A stretch of DNA of 64,000 nucleotides. Origin: Octopus bimaculoides. Taxonomy: Eukaryota. Positions 37,701 through 51,487 of this stretch are shown piece by piece; position 1 is the first letter of the stretch; each line of letters starts with the position of its first letter. A model generated the notes under the pieces. The model was given only the letters and a program-made list of their open reading frames with translations. It had not been told where the DNA came from and made no database searches. Where the stretch lies: the NCBI RefSeq assembly GCF_001194135.2, contig NC_068983.1, forward strand, positions 134,563,383 to 134,627,382, in the 5' to 3' direction. The position numbers were made by a program, and so were the translations under genes.

Positions 37701-40181
37701 TGTGCCTCTGACCAAGAACTTTCAAATGCCATTAAATTCACCAAGTAGTGAAAGAAATGACACAGAAAAGTAAATCTTATGGTTACAGACAGTAGCACTG
37801 TATAAATGATGACTGTTTTATTAGTTTTACAGTGCCAAGTTCAAATCTTGCCTTAGGTATTAGCCTGGAATTATGGGCTCTGTGTTGATTTGCCCAAAAT
37901 ACTCTCTACGAAGACAAATGGATTATGGGTTTCACCAATTTATACACACAAATATATACAAGTGTGTTTACTAGAAAAATTACACAGAATCAATTTATGC
38001 ATTTTTGCTAGTTCACTTTTAGACAGGGGTCCTTTAGATATCTCAGTTGATAAGGTGTCTGACTTTTGGTTGGAAGGTCAACAGTTCATATCCTGTATGT
38101 AGACATCTTAGCACAAACCACTTTCAGTGACACATCATAATTCACTGGTGTGGTAGCCAATCATTGTTGCTTTGCCTACAGAACAAACCATACAGAGACA
38201 TACTATAAGGTTTTTCTAAATGTTGAATATCAGGTTTGGGCTGAAGAATAGTATATTAATAGATTTGTTTCATATGGGTGAATCTAATCAAGTTATGCTT
38301 GCCCATGCTAATTAATAGGTGGTGCAGAAACAAATGAACAAGATTACACACACACAACCAGTAAACATTTTCTTTGTCATATTTATAATTAGAAGAAATA
38401 CAAAATTCAGTTTTAATTAGGTTTTTTTTTTCATTAAATAAACAAAATGTGGAGAAGAGTTAAGTAGCTACTTAGGATTGCTGCAGTATTGTCTCTCTAT
38501 GATATTAATCTTCTCTCAGCAAAAGTATTAATCTACAGTTTATATAATCAATATATCTAGTTCCTGACAGACAAACAAATCGATAAATAATAAATAAATA
38601 TAAACACAAAAAAATTTAAGCCTTTGCAGCTTGGGGCTTTTTCAGAGGTAGATGAATTGCTTAGCAGCAAACTTAAAATAGGGTAGATCACATCAGTGTA
38701 TGTGTCTAAACACATTTAAATAGTACGAGACAAACATAAAGCCAAAGAAATGCTGAGAGAAGTTTCAAAAGCATTTACAGAATGATAACATCTTTGTAAA
38801 TTTAATTTCTTTATCTATTTCAAACAACTCCAACTCTAGAAGTTTTCAAATTTTCTTGTCTTTATTTACATATATAAGAGACTTCTACTTTTTTTTTTAA
38901 TATTTGTTCCTATTTTATTATTTAGTGTTGGAACAAATAAAATTAGCAGGTTAACTACATGATTGGAAATAAATTATTTGATTAAAGAGAGGAAAATTAA
39001 AGTGAGGCCACTAAAGCTTAGAAAGAAACCCATCAGTTAAGTAATTGTTTCAGTTAAAAGTTAAGTGCAATAGCAACCAGCTCTGTAGTACTTCATCAGT
39101 TTGTTTCTTTAGTACTGCTCAATAATTTGTGATAGGATTACAAAGAATTAGTGTATCAAGCCATGACCTAATAATCTAGTAGTCTGAAGATCCTTGATAA
39201 ACATCAGTCCTGGCAATTCAATAATAGAATTTCTAGGACATTATTTGATATAATCAATGTAATAGTGAAATTTCCACCAATAAACTCCTTTAACATATTT
39301 AAAAAGAGTGTATCAGATATTTTAATTCTTAAAAGATGAAATGGTCATAGCTTGAAATACTGATCAAATAAATGCTTCATTCGATCAGCTAACTCCATAG
39401 GTTTGCTTAAATAAAGCTAACTTAAATCCTCTTGCAAACTTCAACTAGATAAACCCCTGTTCCTGGATAAATTGCTAGTCTACAACAGATGGTCTTGTAC
39501 CTGTTCTCTCCAGCTAGGTAAAGAGAGGTAAGTTGAGAAATGTATTTTAATCCAAGATACAATGAACTATCTATTACAACAGGATATGAACTGATGACTC
39601 TTGAGACAGGAGGAGTTGAATGGTGTCTCCAATTGACCCATTTAACTTCAACAAACTGCATATAATATATGCAGATTAAAAACTTTATTTTATTTTAATT
39701 TTTCAGGAAGCCATCAACTGATTAAAGTCTTTGGTTACAAAGAGGGAGAAATAAATACAGTTCTTTACAATCTTACATAAAGTCAAAATTAAAAAAAAAA
39801 AGGCTTTTAAATAAAAGGAGGTTAAATCTCATAAGTTGCTTTGTTTAATCCTTCTTCCTAACCTCACAACATTGTTAGGATAATTAACTGGGCAAAAAAT
39901 GGAATGTCAATGCCAATGTACAGACTCATTGGGCTTACAGGAATTATAAAACAAAAAAAAACCAAAAACAAAAAAACATTGCCCAATATTTACGTGATTG
40001 TCTGTTGTTAAACAGTTACAGCCTGTTGCAGTATATTTTAATTTAATTTCCCAATGAAACCCACTACTGGCTTCCTTGACAGTTACTTCATGATAATATA
40101 GCTCCCTTCCCATGTGCTTTTATTATATCTTGTGGAAGGGAGAAATGAAGCAAAATCCAATCTTCAGATTAGCCTGATTGC

Positions 40182-40382
40182 CTAGAGGCTTCCGTTAGTC
40201 ACGTTACTCTTTACCCTATGATGTAGCGGACTACGACTGAGACTGCCTGTTTCTTGTGGGGCGCTGTTACCCTCTGATGCTTCTGCAGAATTACTCTGCA
40301 CATGATGTGCCGAGTAATTTTGATGCACAGGTGTTGTACGATTTGTACTGTCAGAGTCCATCCAATCTGCATTCATTTTGTG
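40182..40382 (-). CDS. PTDSS1: PTDSS1 terminal exon (HKMNADW...HHRVKSNVTNGSL*)
   Basis: Acceptor ctcttgcag; 67 codons including TAG; ends KSNVTNG, like recalled human KSKVTNG. Confidence 0.8.
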   Translation of the reverse strand, partial: HKMNADWMDSDSTNRTTPVHQNYSAHHVQSNSAEASEGNSAPQETGSLSRSPLHHRVKSNVTNGSL

Positions 40383-40446
40383 CTGCAAGAGAAAATAATT
40401 GCATTTAATGTTAAGTGTCTGTGGGTGTATGTGTGTGTGTGTGTGT

Positions 40447-40883
40447 NNNNNNNNNNNNNNNNNNNNNNNNNNNNNNNNNNNNNNNNNNNNNNNNNNNNNN
40501 NNNNNNNNNNNNNNNNNNNNNNNNNNNNNNNNNNNNNNNNNNNNNNNNNNNNNNNNNNNNNNNNNNNNNNNNNNNNNNNNNNNNNNNNNNNNNNNNNNNN
40601 NNNNNNNNNNNNNNNNNNNNNNNNNNNNNNNNNNNNNNNNNNNNNNNNNNNNNNNNNNNNNNNNNNNNNNNNNNNNNNNNNNNNNNNNNNNNNNNNNNNN
40701 NNNNNNNNNNNNNNNNNNNNNNNNNNNNNNNNNNNNNNNNNNNNNNNNNNNNNNNNNNNNNNNNNNNNNNNNNNNNNNNNNNNNNNNNNNNNNNNNNNNN
40801 NNNNNNNNNNNNNNNNNNNNNNNNNNNNNNNNNNNNNNNNNNNNNNNNNNNNNNNNNNNNNNNNNNNNNNNNNNNNNNNNNNN
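40447..40883. other. Assembly gap (437 N) inside a (TG)n tract in the last PTDSS1 intron
   Basis: Direct reading. Confidence 0.98.
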
Positions 40884-40959
<76 letters not shown>

Positions 40960-41329
40960 TAAAAATTCACACACACATATATGCATACACTCAGTCACAC
41001 ATAGATACTATACACACAATTCATTCCTACATACCTATATGTGTATTAGTTCTACACTTTAATCATTAGCCCTGATCACCATTAGCAGGACTTACATCCT
41101 CACAGTTCAATTAACATTTTAACTAGGAGTGCCATTTATGCTGACTGTACCACTGAGTCTTTTGCAGCTTGCTACTATGTAACAGAATATGGCATGGGGT
41201 TCCATTTCAACCTTGGGTGCAGCATTTATGGTTTGCTCTTAGGCTTACAATTAACTGCCTTCAAGGTATTGCTCTGATCAATTAAACAACCAATGCTATT
41301 AACATCAGATATTACCATATTCTATTTAT

Positions 41330-41533
41330 TCTTTTACTTGTTTCAGTCATTTGACTGTGGCCAGGCTAGAGCACCGCTTTCAGTTGACCAAATCGGTCCC
41401 AAGACTTATTCTTTGCAAGACTAATACATATTCTATCAGTCTCTTTTACTGAACTGCTAAGTTTTGGGGATGTAAACACACCAACATCGGTTGTCAAGTG
41501 ATAGTGGGGGGACAAACACAGACACACACACAT

Positions 41534-41564
<31 letters not shown>

Positions 41565-41715
41565 TGACAGGCTTCTTTCAGTTTCCATCTACCAAATCCA
41601 CAAGGCTTTGGTCAACCTGAGGCTATAGTAAAAGACACTTGCCTTAAGTGCCACTCAGTAGGACCGAACCTGGAATCATGTGGTAGGGAAGCAAGCTTCT
41701 TACCATATTAGCCAT
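41330..41715 (-). mobile_element. tRNA-derived SINE
   Basis: Reverse-complement homolog of 29735-30096. Confidence 0.78.
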
Positions 41716-42502
41716 GCCTACGCCTTACCCAGCCACTATATTTCTCCAAAAGAACATGGGTTGGATGATAATATATGGAATTATAAGTCAAATAACGGAA
41801 CTATTATGTGTGGCCCAACATTTTTTAAATGTTATTCTAATCACATGGTCACAAACTACCGGCTTTCTCTGTCACAAAAGCATTCTAAATATTTTGAATT
41901 GTATTTGCCCTCTTTTCAGGACAATACATTACCTCCACTAAAAACAAAAACTTTTCTTTCACATCACACATTGAATGGTCTTCATTTCTCCCTAGAACAG
42001 CATCTTCTTGAAATTCTCTTTCCATGCATATATTACCATTTTCTCAGTCCAATCAATTCAAATGAAACATCCTAAACTCATAATTCTACCCTCCACTATT
42101 CTAGCTAAATCTTTGATGAGCAAGTAACATCTATTTCATCTGAATTATATCCCTCAAACAAAGCCAATTGTGAATTCATTTTAAGCATGAACCAACCTGA
42201 GACAATACACATTACATCAACTATCAAATTGATTAACCTCAGTCTAAGAAGGACAAAGGAAGTTAGAAACATTGTCATTTCTGCAGGAAAACTACATTCT
42301 CCATCTCTGTCTGTCTGTCTCTGTCTCTCAGACACCCCTATTTTCATTGCAACTAAGAAAATTTAATATCAGCCTACATTGGCCCTCATCTAAGTATTCT
42401 AATCAACTCTTAACAGAATCTACATAAGCTACAATCACATATTTTTGAAGTCACGAAAGTAACTAAAATACTCACAGAATCAAAGATCAAAATTATATTT
42501 AC

Positions 42503-42559
42503 CTCATTTCTTTTAGCAAACAGTGCACATGAGTAAACACAGGCCAAACTGCCTAGGAG
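42503..42559 (-). CDS. PTDSS1: PTDSS1 exon (LLGSLACVYSCALFAKRNE)
   Basis: Acceptor tctttcag, donor gtaaat; 57 nt, phase 0 to 0; last hydrophobic segment. Sequence similarity is weaker than for the other exons. Confidence 0.8.
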
Positions 42560-43738
42560 CTGAAAGAAGAGAAAAATATAAAGTAAATAGTCTTGAAAGC
42601 AAAATCTAACTAGCTGAGACTGTTTATACTTTTTGATCACAATGTCTCCATATTCTAGTAGAAAAATCTGTAATTAAAAGAATCTTTGGATGGAAACACC
42701 AGATTGAATTTGTCAGCAGTATGTACAAACCAAAAATGTCAGTCTTCTGTGAAATAATGTCAAATACATTTATACTGGAGTTTTTTTTTTATATATGGCG
42801 CTTGCAGATTTTTCTTTTTCAAAATTTTGAAAACAAAGTGAAGTGTAAGGACTCCATACTTTCCTTTAATATTTTTTATTTAGAAAAAGGTGATATTTGT
42901 TTGAACTACTACAGTTGGTTAATAGCTTATCTTCACCCCTAAAAAATTTCCACCACAACAAAATTATGGGAATATATATATATTTGTTAGTTAGGTAGCT
43001 TCTAAAATATAAAGCTCACAACAGATTCTGAAATTGGGACTTATGCATTTTATTTGTGTCACCCATCTTCAAAATCTTGCTCAACAATTCAAACACCTTC
43101 TTAGGATCAAAAATAAGGTGCATGTATGTGTGTGTGTGTGTGTGTGGATGGAAGGATGGACAGATGGATGGATAGAAACATATACACAAAGCAAAGAGTA
43201 TCTTCAAAATTATTTCATGATCATGTCATTAGTATTTCTATGTATATATATTGATACAAGAATTTACTATGAATATAAACCTGAATATCAGAGTAATAGT
43301 TGAAGATGTCAGAAGATGGATGGAGCACAAAGAAGAGAGCACATTATAGTTCAATAATTTCACATCAAATATCTCAAGATAGAAGCTTTCCAGTATTGTG
43401 TATACATGTCTATCATCATTGCTTAACATCCACTTTTCCCTGCTTGCATTGAGCAGATGGAATTTGTTGAGGTAGATTTTCTTTAGTCAGATACTCTTCC
43501 TGTCACCAGTTTCAAGCAAGGCAAATGTATGCAACAATTTTTAAAGTAGGAGGCAATGAAATAAGGCAAGTATATTAATAAGAGTTAATTCTAAAAGAAA
43601 ATTTTAAAAAATAGACACAGCAGTGTGAAAATGGAGTTTGCTAAGTAAGCACATGGTTTCAGGTTTCATCTACTGTATGTGTCTTCTATAACTTTATACT
43701 GACCAATGCCTTGTGAGCGAAGTTGCAAGACAGGATAC

Positions 43739-43775
<37 letters not shown>

Positions 43776-43952
43776 TGTGTGTGTATATGCACGCATGCAG
43801 GAATGTTTACCTTGAGGTCAAGTTTCTTATAAACAATACATTCTGCAGCTCAGTCTGAATACTGCCTTGAAGAATCTAGTCCAACTCACACCAGCCTGGG
43901 GAAAAGCATACAAAAACACTGATGACAATATTAATAATGGATCTATACTTAC

Positions 43953-44052
43953 TTGAACTCCAAGCCAAAAGAGAAGCCAGATCATGACTGTTTTCTTGAA
44001 GAGGTCCATTCCAAATTTGACACATACAATAGCTTCTGTTAAAGTAATGGCA
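43953..44052 (-). CDS. PTDSS1: PTDSS1 exon (AITLTEAIVCVKFGMDLFKKTVMIWLLFWLGVQ)
   Basis: Acceptor cttttag, donor gtaagt; 100 nt; EAIVCxKFG motif. Confidence 0.94.
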
Positions 44053-44929
44053 CTAAAAGTGGAGAAATTGTTAATAATTCAGAAAAACGTTTTGTAAAAT
44101 ATCCAAAATAGAAGAACATCAATTAAGATTTTGATATATTTTCATTATCATGTCCTATAATCTATTTAAGGATTGAGCACCATTATGACGATTCAAAGTT
44201 TCAGAATGGTTTTCTTGTGTTCTTAGGGAAGAAAGTGAGCCTAGTAAAAGAGGATAATAAAAATTTTGTCATTTATATTATGAAACCAAAACTGTAGTGA
44301 AATTTACCTCACACAAAGTTTATCTTTATAGATATATGGACAGGGACATTGAGATTTTAAATTATAGAAAAGTCTCTCTATATAAAACACATCATAAAGA
44401 TATTTCTCATTCAAAATATTTTTTAAAGCTTTAGTGTTATATTTCAAATTTATGTATATTCTGATAAATACTTAGATGACTGTTTGATAAGCCTAAAGTT
44501 GTGCTGTTTTATGATGGAGATCCTAGAAATCTCCAACCTGCAGAATCTCCATTATGACTATATGACTAGTTCTTTAATCCATTAAGAGATATTATTGATT
44601 ACACATTTAGAAAACAAAGTTTTCACAGCAGAGTGACTTGTTTAATAAACACACTATTTGGTTCTTTCACAGAGTTTACTAATAGAAACATTCAAACCAG
44701 AACAACAACTCCCTACCCACCCCTGCTTTTCCTGCAGGTACTAATCTAATGATGTTCTAAGTATAGACTATATCAATTTCACCACTCTGGGACAGTTTGT
44801 AATGGTCATGAGAACTCTTTCCACCTCCTCTTCTTAACTTAAAAAAATTTTAAATCATAATTTTGGAAAAATACCAGCTTGGACATCTGCCCAAACAATA
44901 TCTCTGGACAGTTTACTTCAGTCATCTTT

Positions 44930-45950
44930 TATATTGGACTGATGGACCCAAGCTATGAAAATAAAAGAATGGGTTATAGCACAACTAGTCAGCAAGAAAA
45001 TTAACTTAGATGAGATGCAGTTTAGCTTGTGACAGGAAGAGCACCACTGATGCCCTCTTCCTAGTGAGATAACATGGTACTACACTATGTAGTCTAGTGG
45101 TCGTTAAAGAAATTAAGTGTAGATGAATGGTTTGTGAAAGACAAGTCAGGTACAGAAATGCTGTTAGCAATGATCATACCCCTATTTGTTAACATTCTCT
45201 AGACTATAACTGATTTTTAAGACTGGCTGTCCAAGGGGACTTCCTCTAAATGAAATGTATAAGTCTCATAGATTTAGACAAGAAATTCCAAATGTGGAAG
45301 GGAAAGCCTAGATTCAAGTAAACCTTACAAAGACAAATGTCTTGGTTATCAAGTAAGACTCCACTGCGGTGTAGGTGATGGCCAAGCTTGATATGTAAGA
45401 AAGATATATGTAGAAATGCCATGTGGTGTAAACTTAGGGCATACAAGTGATGCAGCGGGATTGCTGGAAGGCTTAATAGAGAATTATTGTTTATAGCAGA
45501 TATGCAGGAGTAGTTAGCAGTAATAAAATGAATTCTTTCAAATGCTTGGAAGGTCTCCTAGAAGTAGTTGTTAGCTTCTGTTACCTAGTTAATTAGTAAT
45601 TAATTAGCAGTGAAAGTGTACGGGCGGGGTGGTAGCATAATAGCCAGAAAAAGAAAATGGCAAGAAAAGTTTATGTATGAATTGAAAAATTGCACAGTAG
45701 TAAACATGGATACTAAATGTGGAAGATGTGTGAAGGTTGGAAAGAAATGAAACAAGCATGCTCTGCTGGATATGTAACATTAGAGTGCATGAGGGAAAGA
45801 CTAGGTACAAGAAGAATCAGATGTGTGCAAGAGAGATGGCTATATGAAACAAATGGAGGATGACAAATAACTAAAGAAGAAGTAATGGGCAATCTGTGGA
45901 AGAGAACAGTATGGAAAGAAATGGTGAAACTGATCTCAGGAAGCTGAACT
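44930..45950 (+). mobile_element. Decayed RTE LINE RT and C-terminal region
   Basis: ttagatgagatgcagtttagc (LDEMQF), agcaccactgatgcc (STTDA), ctagaagtagttgttagcttctgttaccta (LEVV.SFCYL), gtgtgcaagagaga. Confidence 0.7.
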
Positions 45951-46085
45951 TTGTAAAGGAAATGACAAAGATTGCAACAAGTGGTAAGATGTCTCCAAGC
46001 AAAGCAAAAAATGAATACAAAATAATGATATTGGACTAACTGTATGAAAGTGTTACAAAAGAATCAGAATGTTAAAGTACACTTA

Positions 46086-46205
<120 letters not shown>

Positions 46206-48423
46206 TCATTTATAGAACAATATCCTATTGAGGATTAAAATGGGACAAGAAATGGTAACTGTAGTATGAATTATCATCTTAACAAAACTATATTTCATAA
46301 GGATGATACAGCTAAAATATTTTAGGGAAAATTGTGAGAAAGATTGTGTGTAAGGTGGGAGGGGAGAGAGAGAGAGAAAGGAAAATAAGAATCATAAAAG
46401 TACTGAGATAATACTTGAAACATGAAGAGAAAAAAACTAACCACAATAGTGATTCTTAGAGAGTGGAAGACAAAAACCAGGAATTGGGAAATATAAATCT
46501 AAAAGCAGGAAAGGAAACATTCTGGAAGCTATACAAAATGGAGAAATTTTAGAGACAGTAGTGCTCAAAGTAGTTTAAGTTACTCAACTGAAAGAAAACT
46601 GAATTCTTTTGTATTCCTGAACATTAACAAATTAGCTAACACAGTCTTTCTTGTAATTTTATACTGTAAAGAAGAAAAGCAGCCAATATTTTAAGCAGAT
46701 CCTTTCATGATGAGTGATAATTGCTTACATATTTTTCTGTCATTTGTTGAAGCAGATCTTCACAACTTTTTTTTTTTTTATTCTACTATTTTACTAAATA
46801 GATATTTAGAAATCTTTCTTTTTTAACTGTATCTATTTTGTTTGTGTATTATTAATATGGTTGCAAACCCAGATTTCATCGCATAAGGATCTGAACTTAT
46901 AAGAAAACCAGAAAAATAGCAAGTATTAAGTAATGCAAAAGGTTTTTTTTTTCTTTTAAAGCTGAACTTCTGTCTAGGTAAAAGAATAATAGACCCACTA
47001 AGAAAACTTGAACCACTTATCTATTGTTTACCTTTTGGCTGTGCTAGCAGTTATATAAGAGAATAAGAATGAAATTAATCAGTAAGCTTGGAACCAAACC
47101 CATATGTAACTTTCTCAAGGCTTACCACCACTCTACAGTGGTGATGTCACATGACTGAAGAGCCTGCTTTGCTGAACTTATGAAGATTTCTTGCAACTTA
47201 CTGTTTCGATATTACTGGATAAACTGTACAACATCAGTCTGACACCAGAAACTGGCATCTGAATAACATTAAAAATGATATCCAAATTCCAGGATAAATA
47301 CCAGCAAGCAAGAAATATTTGACACAATAGCCCTGATCTTTGATTGGAGTAATTTCACTTCCCTTAATTGACTAACCTACTTGGGAAATGTTTGAAGATA
47401 ACAACATTAATTTCCTTCCCTTAAAACACAGGGTATTTGTGTCTAGAGATAAGAAATAAACTACATCGGATAGACTCAAGTTGTAGAAATGACCTACATC
47501 TCTTAGATATTCAAGCTGGAGAGCCAGGAAATGTCATAGAAAGTCAATTCAGACTAAATTTTTTTTTTTTCAGAATTAAAGTGTCCAAAATATTTCCTGA
47601 GGATTAACCCCTTGAACAATCTTAGTCACTGACCCAATAATAAAGATGGCACAAACATGTGATATTAATCTCAAAGCAAGGAAAATTTTAAATTTCATAG
47701 TTCTGGTTTTGTTAATGTAACTGGTAAACATCAATTATAGTACCACAGAAAGAAACAAAATAAATTAAAATTAAAAAGTGACTAAAAGTAGATCCTCACC
47801 ACCAATTTTACTTCCTCACTGTCACTTTTTAAAATCAATTTGGTAACTAAGTACCAAATCTGGTTTTAAGATATTTTTCATCAAACATTCACATATATTT
47901 CTTCAACATAAGCAGTTTAATCTATTTGGAAAAAACCATACTTAGCCTTGCTATAAAAATTGCTTTCAGTTAAAAAATATAAGTTAATGGGAGTACATGA
48001 ATAGAACCTAACAATTATGATTTCATGTCTCTTTAAATTCTTCAGGCCCAATATACTCTGAATTAAACTTGGAAGCTTTTTAAACATTCTGCCATGGCGA
48101 TGATCTGATAAATAGTGCAAAATTCAACTACACAGCCATGAGGTAATTTATTTTGTGCATATATAAACATAATAGAAGACACCATATGCTGTATGATGAC
48201 AATATAATTAGTATTCTGTAACTGCTACTGGCAAAATGTAAATAAAGCTGTCATGTGACCACAACTGTAAAGAAGGAATAGACAGCATATCATGAAAGTA
48301 TTGTACCAAAACTGATGTTCATGCACACATATGTGCACATGCACACACTCACTATTACAAACCAGTGTTTAACATCCATAATTGCTGGCTCCATTCTAGT
48401 TCTGAGACTCAAAGTAAACTCAC

Positions 48424-48536
48424 CTAATTGCTGGTGCAGAAACAAGTGCAATAAGCACAGTGCGTATCACATTGACTGGATGTGCAGGGGGAATCATAAA
48501 TATGTGTTTTAGGAAGAACAGATTCAATTCTGCAAC
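48424..48536 (-). CDS. PTDSS1: PTDSS1 exon (VAELNLFFLKHIFMIPPAHPVNVIRTVLIALVSAPAIR)
   Basis: Acceptor atttcag, donor gtgagt; 113 nt; ELNxFFLKHIF motif. Confidence 0.94.
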
Positions 48537-48977
48537 CTGAAATTGAATATAAAAATTTTACAAAATATAACCTATACATTCTTGTATGAAGTAAGAGTGT
48601 GAGGAGAAGAGTCAGGAAAAATGGAGAAAGCAGAGTTATTCACTTTGTATAAGGTGAACAACGGCAGTTAGATTTGAACTTATAAACACAGTCAATAAAC
48701 CAGCATCTTAATTTCCCAACCACTATGCATATGTGTATATACATTTATTTCAGCTAAAGGGATTCCTTCAACTTTGGTTGAGAATTCACTTAAGAGTAAG
48801 TCAATACTAAATTGAAATCTCTACTGCTCTGTATTAACTTATGGGGAACATTTAGGCTTGAGATAATATCAAATTTATAGCTGATTGTCCAAGACAGTGC
48901 AGTATTATTCACAACAAATTTTTGACAACACTAATTTATGCAGATGACTCATACTAGCATGGAACATGGACATTAAA

Positions 48978-49260
48978 TCATCATCATTTAATACCCGCTT
49001 TCTATGCTAATATGGGTTGGACAGTTTGATTGAGGACTAGCAAGCAGGGAGGCTGCACCAGGCTCGAATCTGATCTGGCAAGGTTTCTACAGCTGGATGC
49101 CATTCCTAAAGCCAACCACTCTGAGAGTGTAGTAGGTGCTTTTTACGTGCCACCAGCATGGGAGCCAGTCAGGCAGCACTGGATCAATCATACTCGAATG
49201 ATGCTTTTTACATGCCACCAGCATGGGAGCCAATCAGACAGCACTGGCATCGACCACGTT
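48978..49260 (-). mobile_element. RTE 3' UTR copy, minus orientation
   Basis: catcatcatttaatacccgctttctatgcta...gtttctacagctggatgcc. Confidence 0.8.
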
Positions 49261-49619
49261 GATTATGACAATACACCCCGCCATTCTTTCCTAATCTTTC
49301 CCAACCATGCATCTTCCATTAGCAATATAGACAAGCATTTACCAAGCTTTCATTGATTCCATGAACAGACACCACAAAAGTATCTGCTAATAGGGCTATA
49401 TCAATCTTGTCTCTCTCAACAGAAAGAAAACACAAATACTACTCGTATTAAGAAAACATCATTGCAACCCTACCTTAACACACAGCACACAATTAGAACC
49501 CTCACAATTGCACCAAATGTTGAGCTTCACTAAAATCAAGAATCTATCTTGGCAAGCATATCCTTAACGAAGCTTGGACTATATTCTAACAACTGACTCT
49601 TCTCTTCAAGGGTCAGAAG

Positions 49620-50700
49620 CATTTCATCAGTTAAGATCCATTGTCCATGCTTGCATGGGTTGGGCAGGTTGATCAGGGCTGGCAGGCTGGAAGGCTGCAC
49701 CAGACCCCAGTCTGATTTGGCATGGTTTCTATGGCTGGATGCTGTTCCTAATGCCAACCACTTGGAGACTGTAACAGTTGCTTTTATGTGCCACTGACAC
49801 GGGTGCCTTTTGTGTAACACCAGTACCTGCCATGACTGTGATTTTACTTGGCTTGTCGTGGCCTTTGCCAGTACCGCCTGACTGGCCTTCGTAGGATTTT
49901 TGAGCGAGATCATTGCCAGTGCCCCTGGACTGGCTCTTGTGCGGGTGGCACATAAAATACACCATTTTGAGCGTGGCCGTTGCCAGTACCGCCTGACTGG
50001 CCTTTGTGCAGGTGACACGTAAAAGCACCCACTACACTCTCTGAGTGGTTGGCGTTAGGAAGGGCATCCAGCTGTAGAAACTCTGCCAAATCAGATTGGA
50101 GCCTGGTGTTGCCATCCGGTTTCACCAGTCCTCAGTCAAATCGTCCAACCCATGCTAGCATGGAAAGCAGACGTTAAACAATGATGATGATGATGATGGG
50201 TCTTCTCAAGCATGATATAATGTCAAAGGTCTTGGTCATTCGTCATTGCCTCCATGAAGCCCAAAGTTTGAAGATCATACTTTATCACCTTGTCCCATGT
50301 CTTCCTGGGTCTACCTCTACCACAGGTTCCCTCCACAATTTGAGATTGGTACTTCTTTACACAGCTGTCCTCATCCCAACAGTTTCCAACAATTATTGGA
50401 CACTCCACAAAGGTTAGGTAGGGGCTACAATAGAGTATTGCTCACACATCTGGAAAGATGTTGCTGCTGTTACACAGATACCCTAGGCTACATTTAATAA
50501 AGGGTTATAAAGCCACTCACAAGCACACTATAGTTCCTTCTCTCTGATCCATGGAGTTGGCTGAGCTCACCTCCAACAAGGCATACATGTCTCCTATCAG
50601 TCTTATATCTACCCACCTCACCACAAGCAATGCACTAAACACCACTTCCAGTCCTCCTTAATGTGAACACTGGCCTTCTGAAACTTCCTTTCTTCTCATG
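49620..50700. mobile_element. Nested RTE copies: young plus-strand 3' UTR (about 49860-50198) inserted into an older minus-strand copy
   Basis: Flanks cttgtcg and ggtcttctc rejoin to cttgtcgggtcttctc, matching the reverse complement of the family 3' junction (cf. gagaagacccggcaag at about 2240); ORF 50223..50408 is an RTE C-terminus. Confidence 0.8.
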
Positions 50701-51363
50701 TCTTTCTTGCAATTGTTGACATACAATGGTTTAAGAAGAATATTAAGGTCAATCAATCTTACTGATCAAGGAAGGATGGCAAAGATCATGGGAACAGTCC
50801 AGATTCAGCAAATTAAAAAAAATATATGTATAGTAAATAATAGCAGAAAAGTAGACAGAAGGTGCTTGAAGTATAGGCAACTTGAATCATCTAACTGACT
50901 ACCTCTACCTTAACTAGAAGCTTTACAATAATGAAGTCAATTTGACTATCATTTCTCCCATTATAATTAGGAGGTAAATATAATTCTACATTAGCTTTAC
51001 TAAGTTTCTGTGTGGAACAATAGAAATAATTAACCACTAATGTTTCATTTCTCAGTTACAGCCATTTCACTCCACTTATATCTAATGATCCTGAGAAATA
51101 CATGTATGTCTTATTTTCAATCCTTCAATCTGTTGCCTTAAGCTGATGTAAGAAAGCAATGTCAATCATTCACTCAAATCAAATGCAATACATGACTTGT
51201 ACAACTTTTATTAACTCCAGAAAGGTGAAAAGCAAAGAACAACACACTAACAAGGTCTAAACTTAAAATGTAAGAGATACATAAGAAAAATACTGCAAGT
51301 CATTAAGCCTGTTACTACCATTTCTTTGACAACATATATGAAAATGTTACAAATACAACTTAC

Positions 51364-51445
51364 CTGCCATATAACAACTAAAATACCTACAGCCAACACT
51401 CTCATGTAGGAGGAATTGGGATCAAGCCATCGCACATGAGTCCAG
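51364..51445 (-). CDS. PTDSS1: PTDSS1 exon (WTHVRWLDPNSSYMRVLAVGILVVIWQ)
   Basis: Acceptor ttttttcag, donor gtaagt; 82 nt; corresponds to [27 protein letters not shown]. Confidence 0.94.
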
Positions 51446-51487
51446 CTGAAAAAAAACAGAATAAATATAAGTATACTGAGAAAAATT

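Noticed and set aside
40302-41069. Long ORFs of 187-264 aa
   Set aside because: They run through the 437-N gap; only 40182-40382 on minus is supported as coding.
42236-42280. Possible alternative PTDSS1 exon after acceptor ttttcctgcag
   Set aside because: In phase 0 it reads Lys then stop; no further support from sequence alone.
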